From Macrostomum hystrix (Eukaryota > Animalia > Platyhelminthes), in contig CATNEN010000038.1 of the NCBI GenBank assembly GCA_950097015.1, positions 33,852,001-33,916,000 of the forward strand: a DNA stretch of 64,000 nucleotides, written 5' to 3'. Shown here in pieces: positions 52,812 through 64,000 of the stretch (position 1 is its first letter; every line of letters begins with the position of its first letter). The position numbers were made by a program, and so were the translations under genes. The notes beneath the pieces were generated by a model that worked only from the letters and a program-made list of their open reading frames with translations, ran no database searches and was not told the DNA's origin.

Positions 52812-55478
52812 TTAACGTGTATCTATTTGATTTTCAGTAATAATTTGCAGAATGATATTTGCGCGAAAACAAGAAAGTACTTGTTCAGCTGGCTTCTCTC
52901 TTTCTCGCTTTGTAAGCACAATTGCTGCTTTATAAGTTCAGTCTGTCTTTTTCATTTTACCGATTCCTCGTTACTGCGAGTTTTCCTTGGACATGAGATA
53001 AACTTTACAGCTAGTAGATTTGTCATCTCCAATATATAATCCTACATACTTGCATATGAAGTAAATCGCGGCACCAAAAAACCAATAAATCAAACCTAGT
53101 CTAGCAATGTATAAATCGTTATTGCAGTTTTTTAACTGCTCCTTGATGGAAAATAAACGGATTCTCCACCAGAAAAAGAACTAATTATTACCACCCAGTA
53201 GATACTCGCTGAATCGAAACTGCTGGTAAATTATCCACAAATTAGAGCGAAAATGCTAATTATCTTCCTCATTAATTTTAATTGTTTCCAGGTTGGGAAA
53301 CTTTCAGAACCAACAAGTTGGCAAATCGACCACTTTTATTTATGTGTTGTTGTGCTGTATGTTTTGATACTTAATAACCTTTCAATCATAAGTTGATTGA
53401 CAATATTCTTGAGCAAATATTCATACAAACGCGCAAACAGCGTTACAAAATGTTTTTAAGTAAATAAAATACCACTATTCTGACAATAAATTCCGACGCA
53501 ATAGCTATAGTATGGCTGTGTTTTTTGTGCATGCGCATGAATGGACTTGCTGGATTACTAAGATTATTTGACTCGCATGGCGAACTTTTTGTCATCCCAA
53601 AATTGGTGGAATTGGCTTTCTTAATTATAAACATTCTATTTTTCTGTCACAAGTTCTTCACATTTGTTAAACTAAAACATATATGAAGAAATATCGTTAC
53701 TGTATGCTTTTTATAAGCAAAACGCACTAGTAGATAAGTATTTTATGTAATTAATATATTATACATACAAGTGCGCGCAAAATGATTCCACTCGAGCATT
53801 TGATGCAAAGTCGAAGCAGGACGTGCGCTATTTATCTTAAATCAAAATATTAAAAGCCACTTTTTATTATTCGTAAATCATAACTTCTTCTTTTGTTAAA
53901 GAATGTATGAAAATATGAATGTCATCATAACATGCATTGAAAATGTAAAATGCAAAATAATGTGCGCAGAGAGATAAATGTACGGTAAATAATGTTAAAC
54001 ATTGACAATTTGCAAATTTGCTTTAAATAACAATTAGCAAGCAAACAGTTTTTAGGTAACGTAAGAATATTTATCACGTCTTTCCAACCTCCCCTGTCTA
54101 AAATCTGTAATGCCGCCTCGCTTTTTAGCTAGCTCGATGTGACTGACAAGGCAAAGCCGTCAAAATTCGAATTATTGCGCTTTTTACACGTCGAATAGTA
54201 AACTTTGGTATTTAGAAGGTTAGCTCTTATTATATTTTAACAAAAAAACTGTTTTATTATTTGCATATTGCGTATTTGCATTGTTCGCAGGCAAAAACAC
54301 AACATAATTTTTTAGTTTTGTTTACGCGCGATGGAAAGGAATTTATAGAATTTAAAGAAGCGATTCATGTGCCAAGTTCAGCCAATCAAGTTGCCGTCCT
54401 AGAATATTTAGGCCCCTTATCGCTCTCTCGATAGTGTAGAGGTTCTTATTAAATTTTTTGTTGCGAACGTTTACCCCAGTGCGCCCTTCAGCTTTCAAAA
54501 AATTATTTGCAGAACTTTATTGAATTGGTTCTTAACGGCATCTATCTCGTCGATTCGAATCACAACACACATCCCGTCCCGAAACATTGTTTGCATTTAC
54601 TTTGCGACTTAGTCGTGATCGTGCTATTCAGGACACAACGCCCTGAATTGCGAATGGTATAGAATATATGTAAATAAAATTTGATGTAGGAAAGAAGTTA
54701 AACACACATATTAACGATATTTTTTGCAAACAAAACCTGTCAATATTTGACATTGTGTTAAGGCACAAACATCCCTCCTAGCTACGCCAGCACTACTTAG
54801 TTATTAAGTGCTAAATGATGGCAAGTATTCTTATTTTCGCGGCACTACCTAAGCGATATTGCTTTAAGCAGCAACACCTTTATCATGACAATCATGTAAA
54901 CTTTTTATAAGGCTGTATCTAATTACATATTAACATAAATATATTATACATCTAGTAATTCTACATTCTAGCTTTTAAGACTTATTTTAAAGAATAGATG
55001 AATCATTATTCATAGCTAATTTTCTAATAAATAAATGAGGACTATGTTCTAAAAGCCAAACCAGTATGACATATTTAATGCTTTACTATCTTATTCATAG
55101 TTTTATGACTAGGCCTATGTAGACTTTATGTTAATTCATTATTTAAACTGTAGTAACTTCTAGAGATTAGTAACTCAATACAGCTTGCTTAATCATTTTG
55201 GTGTAGTTAATTTATTTGTGTCATGTTTTTAGAATTAATTAATTCAACTTAAAAGCAACAATTCCAAATCAATAATTAGTAGCATAGCATTATCATGAAA
55301 ACTAATTCCAAGAGCAAAGTAGTTATTTTTTATCCAAGGATACTTTATGGTTCTCCTCTTCTGTAAGTTTTCTTTAATATATGAAGATAAAACTTATAAC
55401 TTTTATATAAGTATAAAATGAACAAATATAATATAAAAGTGATTAATATTCTGCACTTTTCAGCTGTCAAGCAAAGCC

Positions 55479-58400
55479 ATGAATGCTCAATCTACAAGCT
55501 TTAATGCACTGTCAGTCTCAGCTGATAGTGGTGCCTGTTTGCTCGAAAGTGTTCTCAGCAGCCTAGACTGCTCAGCCGATTCAGCAAATAGCTCAGGCTT
55601 CTTTGATGCTGCCAGCAGCATCTCATCATTGGATGATCTAGCCGCAAAAGAAGCTTTGCAGCAGCAGTTGCAGCAACTGCAAATTCAGCAGAAGCAGCAG
55701 TCACTAAATGCCAAATCCAATGTGACTTCATCCGCCTTAGACTCTGAGAATGTTTGGCAACTATTTTCCAACTGTGCCACCTCTAGCCCATTGAAGCGGC
55801 CGCATGTTTCTAAGCAGACTTCTTGGCCGCCAGCCAGTGATTGGAACACCCCAGCCCAGCTTCAGCAGCAGCCGCATCAGCAGCAGCAGCAGCAGTATCA
55901 TCGCTTTGGGGGCCAGTCGACCAGGCAGCCGATAGTTGCCCAGCGTCAGCTAAGCGCCGATCCTTGGGCTCTGGGCGATCCGCTGCAGAGTCTTCGCACC
56001 TGTCTCGATCTGGACATCATGGCCGCGGGAGGCGCGACATCTGGCGCCGGCCGGGAACTCTACAGCCGCAAAGTCTTTGTTGGCGGCCTTCCGCCAGATG
56101 TTGACGAAGGTAATCTTTGTTTTATTCGCTAACCAGGTGGAATTTATAAGCTTCAGTATGATGTCGTAAATCCTAAATATCGATACTGAGGTCAAGCAGT
56201 TTATTGCTCCCTCTAGACTGCCCACTTCCCTTTTACTCTATTTCCAGCGATTCCATTATGTTTCAGCTCTTTCTAACAGTCTTACTTTTTGGGTCAACAA
56301 CTAACTAGGCCATTAATTTGCGCAATCTCCCACGAATTTCGGGCCTTTAAGAATTGTAAAAAATCGAATCAAAACACATATAATATCGTACAGCTAAGCA
56401 AGCTTATAATCCATAATAATCTACTTATAAATCGCTTATCTCTACTGATTATTTACTAATATTATCACGATCTAAATTTAGTTGGCGCATAGTTTACTAA
56501 GTGTTGTTTTTATTAGTCAAAATAGTTTATTTCTAAAGCCTTGATATCTAGTAGGTAGCAGTGACTAATCAGGTGAACCCGGTATCTGTTCTGCGATAGA
56601 TTTAGATGTGTGATCCTTGACTGATGTCTCTAATTATGATGATTAACACAGTTGCCCGCAGCTCACAGCTGATTAATCACCGACTATTCAACATTTTATG
56701 CCTTATTCCCAGCTGAACATGTTTAACGGAGTACTTTGCCCGCCTGCCGAGAATAAAGACCCATTTAAACCCAGAATTAATGCATTAATTGTAGGAAAGG
56801 TCCTTGCAATTTATTAAACAGCTGTTTACTGTATCATATGGCTATTAGCTTAGAGTTCATTTCTAACTGGGCTTGTTGTGACAATGCTTGCTTTTTTCTC
56901 CCCTGTCCAAGTAAGAAGGCTAAGTCTCCTTGCGCTTGTGTGGTAGACCGGAGGGTTGTGTCTGGTTCTAGTTCTCGTTCCGCCATCGAGCGTGCCACGG
57001 CCTGTATGTCCTGCCCCTCTGTTTCTTGGCCCTCACAATTCTCTCTGTCCCTGTCTTTATTCTATATCGGTTCGGGCATACTTACTTGCCAGCCCGTGTG
57101 CCTTAGTAATGGGGCTAGTTTGGAGTTACTGCGGGGTTCCCATGCGTATTTAAGAACTGAACGAATGACTCATGCACCCACGCACGCGTGCGCCAACACT
57201 TGTTCTATTCAGGACCATGAATATAATCGTAATAATAGCCATACTATACTATAGGTAATGAAGGCGGGCGGAATATTGCTAAGGGGCAAGGGAGGAGGGG
57301 AAGAAAATCCTGTTTTCCTTCCCCCGGGCCTCCCCCATCCGGGATGCGGAGGCGGGGAGGTCGCATCGGTGCGTGCGCTTGCACGATTTGCGGGCGTCTG
57401 ATTATTCCATTTCTCCCCAAAAAAAATTCTGTCCCCATATCCCTTCCCTTGGCCTCAGCTGGCTGGCCTCGACGCTAGACAGATCCTGAAATAGCTCGCT
57501 GAGTCAGGGTCACACGAGGTCTCTCTTCTCTCTCCCTTCCCAATGCCACGCGTCCCCTGCCCTCCCCTCGTGTCCAACCCTCCGGGGCAGACTAGGCCTC
57601 AGTGCGCGCGTCCAGTTAACCCTGTACGCGGACGATGAGTAAGCTTTTCTCCCTGCTGTGGGTGAAGAATTCTAGGCCTAGCCGTGACTCACTCTCGCTG
57701 TTGGTCTTTCTCCCTTCCTTTAGCCCCCATCCGGCCTAACTGCGTCCTCGGGTCTCCCCGACTTGTTTCTCTCTACCCTCCGACTGTCTCCCAGTCACCC
57801 TGCTCAGGTCAGGCTGAGGTCACAGCGAGGCCTCCTAGCGGGGGTGGGTTTTGGTTTGGGAGAAAGAAGAAGATGACTCGCCTACAGTTTTCCTTTCGGT
57901 TCGCTCCGGTTATCCTCACCTCAGTTGTTGCCCCTGTCTTTGGGGTCATGTCCCCTTGGCCTAGCAGGAGAAAAGTCGGCTGTAGTAGAGCTGTCCCAAA
58001 AAGCTCGTATTTGGGTGCATCAAAAACTAAGTTAACGCAAACAATACAATAATACAATACAATAAGTACAATGTCCACCGACCACAAGTGGCCTGAAAAG
58101 GGGGGCATTGTCGAAAAACACGCCTGGCCGCAGTCTCTGATGAAGACAGCGCCATTAGCCTGAACGGGCGCACTGGCGTCTTCTAATAGACAATCGATGA
58201 ACCTCCGGGTTCGCGCCTGACCTCGCCGGTATGGGCCCTGCTGCGTATGCAGCAATACCTCCTACAGCGGCTCCGGGCAGTAGGACTCAGCGCGAAGAAC
58301 ATGGACGTTTTTAAACCCATAAAAACTGAAACTTGTTTATGCATGTCCAAGTCGGTTAATTTGATTAATTTGCTTAAAAGTATAATATAACAAACTAAAA

Positions 58401-60389
58401 TTCGATCTCAATTCGAAATTCCAGTGGAAATCGCCAGCGCTTTTCGTCGATTTGGCGGCCTAACAGTCGACTGGCCGCACAAACAGGAGAGTCAGGCCTA
58501 CTTTCCACCAAAGGGTGAGTGTTTGTTTTACCGATTCTGTTGCTGAAATTAGAGAATCTTGTTTCAACTATTGTGGCAAGGTTAGTAAAGAATTCAACAA
58601 GCCGCAAGCGGAACCAAGATTACCTATGCAACAATGCTAAACAAAGTCTTTGTTCCTTCTGTTTCTATTCAAGACTTCCGTTGTTTGCTTTGAAACAGGT
58701 GGCTGGGTCTTGGTTATTCGAGCGAGGAAGACTTAGGCATAATAAAAGCAGGAAGCTATGTAGACTAAGCTATTGTGTTTATATAATATAGTTGCAGTTG
58801 CATAAAGTCTTTGTTTACTTGGCTTATTTCCGTCCGTATCGTTTTTGTATGTCAATCATCAAGCATCCTTGACAAGTCATGATTTACCAAACACCCTTTC
58901 GCAGGCTATTGTTTCATTTTGTTTCACGACGAGCCAAGTGTTCAACGTTTAATGGACGCGTGCATTGCCGAGGGTGACAAATTCTATTGGTGCGTGTCGT
59001 CGCCAACTGTTAAGGATAAGCCAGTAAGTTTCAGCTAGTATGATGATGTGAAACCAATTCTCTATTATTTATAATGCTTCCTATTTTTTATTTCACTACT
59101 GGCACTATGCGATTAGTTTGAGTCACACAGTTTGACTATTTGAGTTAGTCTACAAAAAATGCTCCTCTCTACTTACTACTAGTCTTCATGTTCGTCAGCC
59201 TATGCGTTGAAAAATACTAAAAATAATTATAATCTATCTGGTTATCACTTAGGTCTGTCTGACTGGTATTTCAGTCTACAGACTAAATGCCCAATCCGAT
59301 TTTTCTAAAAATAGTTTTTAGCCTAAAATTGTTCTTTCCTTATGGGCCTTATGGGTAAAGACAGGGGCGAGTAGAGACACGGGAGAGTAGAGACACGGGA
59401 GAGTAGAGACACGGGAGAGTAGAGACAGGGGCGAGTAGAGACACGGGAGAGTAGAGACACGGGAGAGTAGAGACACGGGAGAGTAGAGACAGGGGCGAGT
59501 AGAGACACGGGAGAGTAGAGACACGGGAGAGTAGAGACACGGGAGAGTAGAGACAGGGGCGAGTAGAGACACGGGAGAGTAGAGACACGGGAGAGTAGAG
59601 ACACGGGAGAGTAGAGACACGGGAGAGTAGAGACAGGGGCGAGTAGAGACACGGGAGAGTAGAGACACGGGAGATTAGAGACATGGGAGAGTATAAACAC
59701 GGTAGAGTAAAGACCAGGGAGAGAAGCGAGATAGGAGAGTAGACCCCAGTTGAGAAGAGACACGGGAGAGTAGAGGTTGCCAAACTCCGGTCTACAATGT
59801 GCTCTCTCCGCCTCTTCGCTCCAACCAGGTGCAAGTCCGCCCCTGGCTGCTGTCCGATTCGGACTTTGTCTTGGACTCGCGTCAGCCGCTAGATCCGCGC
59901 AAGACAGTCTTTATTGGCGGAGTACCTCGCCCACTGCGTGCTCGCGACCTGGCCCTGGCTATGGAGCGCCAATTTGGCGGCGTCTGCTACGCCGGCATTG
60001 ACACGGATCCGGATCTGCGCTATCCGAAAGGCGCCGGCCGTGTGGCCTTCGCTAGCCAGAAATCCTATGTGGCCGCTGTTAGCGCCAGATTTGTTCAATT
60101 AGCCGGCCTAGAAGCGGCCACCTCGCCTGGCAACTATTCTACCGGCGCTTCTAATAGCAGCGGCGGCGGCGGAGGCAGCAAGCGCGTCGAAGTGAAGCCA
60201 TTCGTATTGGACGACCAGTCCTGTGATCGTTGCCGCGTTCGCAGCGCTCCATTGTTCTGCGCAAGCCCCGCCTGCCTGCGCTACTACTGCGACCAGTGCT
60301 GGCCGGAATCGCACGCTGGTCCAGGCGGTAAGCAGTACCATAGGCCCACTGTGCGCGACGCCAGCTCGCGTATGACCTTCCTTGGCTGA
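55479..60389 (+). CDS. CPEB2: Cytoplasmic polyadenylation element-binding protein, CPEB2-4/Orb2 subfamily, ~466 aa; exons 55479-56109, 58425-58514, 58905-59023, 59829-60389
   Basis: YSRKVFVGGLPPDVDE|VEIASAFRRFGGLTVDWPHKQESQAYFPPK|GYCFILF..SSPTVKDKP|VQVRPW..LDPRKTVFIGGVPRPLRA..YAGIDTDPDLRYPKGAGRVAF..KRVEVKPFVLDDQ, then a ZZ zinc finger. Phases are consistent; exons total 1401 nt. An upstream coding exon cannot be excluded. Confidence 0.92.
59358..59775. repeat. 16-bp minisatellite (ACGGGAGAGTAGAGAC / AGGGGCGAGTAGAGAC) in the last CPEB intron
   Basis: Direct tandem repetition; the GGGGCG variant recurs every ~4-5 units. Confidence 0.95.
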
Positions 60390-63289
60390 GTTTGGACTGA
60401 GTTGTCTAGCTTATTAGTTGGCAAGGATCACTAGAAGAATAAGGGCGGGACACTTCAATTAGCTATAAGTGCATTATAAGAGTAACTTGTTATTGTTTAT
60501 TGAAAATATAACAGGCCAAGACATAGGCTAATTGTTCTGTCTGATTGGTTGCTACTGGGCTTAGTGATAAGTAAACAAAAATAAAATAAAGAAAAAATAC
60601 AGAAAAGTCCTGTCTCGCTATTAAATAGTCTAACAGATAAAGTGTGCCGTCTTTCTTACAGTGGTCCTTGCTAATTGGTTTCTAAGGTTAATGGTTGGTT
60701 GTTGGAGCTAATTGTAAGGATAATCGAAATTTTAAACAAACACGTTTTATCGTGGTATACTTGTAGCACTAAATAGTAAGTTAACTTCCGGTTATGTTTT
60801 TACAGTTAGTATTTTTGTTAGGTCATCTCTATATTGACACAAAAGCTAAACAGCTTTTTTGCAGCAGCATAACATATACCAGTGCTAAACTAGTACAATT
60901 TTGTTTTTTATACCATAATTGCCTGTTTTTTTAACTATAATTCCCCGTCGTTATGGCTATTCTCTGTTGTTACTATATTAAAACGTTTTTTGAGCAAATA
61001 ACTTCTGTTGAGTAATAAAACACTAGATGCCTATTTGCCCTCTGCTATTCGCTTTTAGTTTGTTATTTTGTTTTCAAATTCGCAGTTTGTTTTGTTTTAT
61101 AATTCAACCGGTCTAGTTTGAGTTGATACTACTGTTATCGACTGGACAAGTATTTTATAATTGTCAAATTGTTCATACATTCTTTTGTTATTAATCATCT
61201 AGTTCTGTTCGCTGCATTGTTACGCTTAGTTTTGTTAGCTTGCTTGTTGAAACTGTTTAGACTAATTAGCATGAAGTGGTCTCATTTATGTTGTCATTTC
61301 TGTTAGCATAATTGTTAAGTACACATTAAGCATTATCAGTTTAATTAGACTGGTTAACATCTTTCTCATTGCCTACTAAAAGTAGTAGGACTTATTTCAT
61401 TTCACAGTTTTTTTAATCACATTCTCCCTCCATTTTTATTAGTTAGTTTCTTTATTTTATTACAGTTTTTTGTTATTTTTGAAGCCGCGCGCAACGTATT
61501 ACTTAACGAACAACTTCCATCGAAAGTGAGTAGTGCGTTCAGGGTGTTTGTGTACTTGCAAATTAAGCACTAATACAATCCGTTAAATATTGCAATAGGC
61601 GCCTTGACAACTTGCAGTCCAATGCCTCCCCCATCCACAATATATGTTGCTGCAGCTATTTGAAATACTATATTTGTTTACAAAGCCAATATCAAACTTT
61701 GCTTCTATTGTTTTAACCACTATTTCATGCTATACTACTATTTTTGTTAGCTTTTTTGTGCCATTTATTAATGTTACTATTACTATTTAGTACTAATATT
61801 TTTGTACGCTGCTGTTTGTCTGTTTAAACGTTATCGTCTACAAGACATAAAATTTGGTTTTGCTTTTTATTTCTTCTAGTAAATTATTTTTATGTAGGTA
61901 ATTTTCTTCATTTTCTCTGTTTCTAACTTGCAATCGTTTTTGTAGCATTATTTTTTTCTCGCTCTTACTTTGCCTGCTTCTTGTGGGATAAAAAGTGAAA
62001 ATTTTATTTGTTTTACTGTGTTTCCTTTGCGCGAATTTGAAAATAGAAATGACGCGAATTGCGCTGCTGCACTGTCTGACACATACACACAAACAACGGC
62101 ACTTTCCAGGGCTAAAACGTTAATTAAAACTAGGCTGTTATTGAATACATTAATTCTTATTTTTCTGTAGATTTTTTCTGTTCACTTAGTTTTACAGAAA
62201 ACAATTTAATTTGTTAGTAAATAAAAACAAATACTTTTGTTTTGTCATGTCTTTTGTAAATAATAACTGTTTCTTTTTTGCTTTTTGTTATAAAAAACAG
62301 CAACTTAAAAACTGTTATTCTCGCTGGTGTTAATCTCGTTCTATTTTGTATACCCGTAGTATACACGCTCCCTCTATTTTTGGTTCTCCCCAACCACAAT
62401 GGATTCGCTGCATATCCTCGCACTCACAGACGCACCGAATTGATCACCCGGAAGATTCACTTTCTGGTTTTTATATTTTTCTTTTGTTCAGTTTATTAAG
62501 TCCCATTCATGCTACTTGTGAGTAGCATACATGTGAGTGCAAAATATTTTATTCTGCGGTGATCAAAAAACTCATTTTTTAACGATCGGATGATTCCTAA
62601 AGCTGTGAGTGTTAACACAGAATAAAGGATATTAATCTGCATCGACACATTCAGGCCACGTCATAGTGTCTACGCACCATGCGTTATTTTCATATCATTT
62701 ATTTCGTAAATAGTAAGCATGGTTTAAACGCCTGTAAACGCCTGTTCCTCTCTGTGTAACTAATTTCTGTCTGTTTCTGTTTATCCTTGTTACACCGCCT
62801 GTCCCTCTCTTAATCTTTCATTGATAAATCCAGGCTTTTTAATTCAACGTGCAGTTTGGCACCTGTTTGTCTGTGTGTTTTTTAACTATTTTGTTTTAAT
62901 TTTTTGTCCGTCAAATGTTAGCCACATATTTTTGTGTCATTATTTATGTTATTTTTGTTTATCTTAACAGAACAACAGCAGCAGAAGAGATTTTGCGCAC
63001 ACATCAAACAATTTTGCGCTGTTCTGCTTTCAGTCTTGTTTGTGTGGGCGTGTTTTTTATGCTTAATCGTTTTTTAAATAATACAAAAATAAACAAAAAT
63101 AAAAAGGCAATTTCCATAATTCTGTTAGTTTTCTTTCTAGCAAGTAATAATTTATTAGCCCGAATTGTCAAATGAAATTATATTATCTTATTTGCTCATC
63201 CTTTCTGACTTAGCATCTGTGTACTATCTTCTAAAGTTCTTGACCAATTGTAAATAATGCTGGACTACGACAATGGCTGCAAGAAAATA

Positions 63290-64000
63290 GTAGGAGACTG
63301 GTGGGTAAGGGAGACTGTGGTAGGAGAGAAGACTGGGGTAGGAGAGAAGACTGGGCCAGGTGAGAAGACTGGGGTAGGAGAGAAGACTGGGGTAGGAGAG
63401 AAGACTGGGGTAGGAGAGAAGACTGAGCCAGGAGAGAAGACTGGGGTAGGAGAGAATACTGGGGTAGGAGAGAAGACGGGCAGGAGAGAAGACTGAGCCA
63501 GGAGAGAAGACTGGGGTAGGAGAGAAGACTGGGGTAGGAGAGAAGACTGAGCCAGGAGAGAAGACTGAGCCAGGAGAGAAGACTGAGCCAGGAGAGAAGA
63601 CTGAGCAAGGAGAGAAGACTGAGCCAGGTGAGAAGACTGGGGTAGGAGAGAAGACTGAGCCAGGAGAGAAGACTGGGGTAGGAGAGAAGACTGGGGTAGG
63701 AGAGAATACTGGGGTAGGAGAAGACTGGGGTAGGAGAGAAGACTGGGGTAGGAGAGAAGACTGGGGTAGGAGAGAAGACTGAGCCAGGAGAGAAGACTGG
63801 GGTAGGAGAGAAGACTGGGGTAGGAGAGAAGACTGAGCCAGGAGAGAAGACTGGGGTAGGAGAGAAGACTGGGGTAGGAGAGAAGACTGAGCCAGGAGAG
63901 AAGACTGGGGTAGGTGAGAAGACTGAGCCAGGTGAGAAGACTTGGGTTGGAGAGAAGACTGGGGTAGGAGAGAAGACTGAGACAGGAGAGAAGACTGGGG
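63290..64000. repeat. 18-bp minisatellite (GACTGGGGTAGGAGAGAA / GACTGAGCCAGGAGAGAA), runs off the window end
   Basis: Direct tandem repetition of two interspersed variants. Confidence 0.96.

Overview
This is eukaryotic (animal) genomic DNA with GT-AG introns. The minisatellite-saturated introns and Gln/Ala/Ser-rich GC-rich exons suggest a free-living flatworm such as Macrostomum, but that is inference only. I reconstructed seven genes by hand with phase-consistent splice sites. (1) The 3' exons of a PPIG/NKTR-like SR-cyclophilin with a ~50x RRKSPVE heptad tail (+, 1571-6004). (2) A 13-exon GTF3C1/TFIIIC220 orthologue (+, 8911-23241) in which almost every intron holds its own minisatellite. 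(3) A 10-exon type-I membrane protein with a Tyr/Ser-rich region, two CUB domains, a Shisa-like Cys domain, a TM helix and a PPxY tail (-, 28002-32389). (4) UBE2D/Ubc4-5 (-, 34451-36453). (5) Cytoplasmic PABP (-, 41495-46552). (6) An intronless PAR-motif Cys-loop channel with a remodelled agonist pocket (+, 50999-52393). (7) A CPEB2-4/Orb2-type CPEB (+, 55479-60389). Mobile DNA includes two copies of one tRNA-derived SINE, a complete non-autonomous hAT element with an 8-bp TSD, decayed Ty3/gypsy protease and RT relics interrupted by those elements, and several MITEs, including a TTAA|CAGTAG family. The most notable observations are the CUB-CUB-Shisa fusion, the one-minisatellite-per-intron pattern with nested inverted array pairs around GTF3C1 exon 12, the coding heptad array, and the orphan-like anion channel. 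All homology calls come from motif recognition, not database searches.
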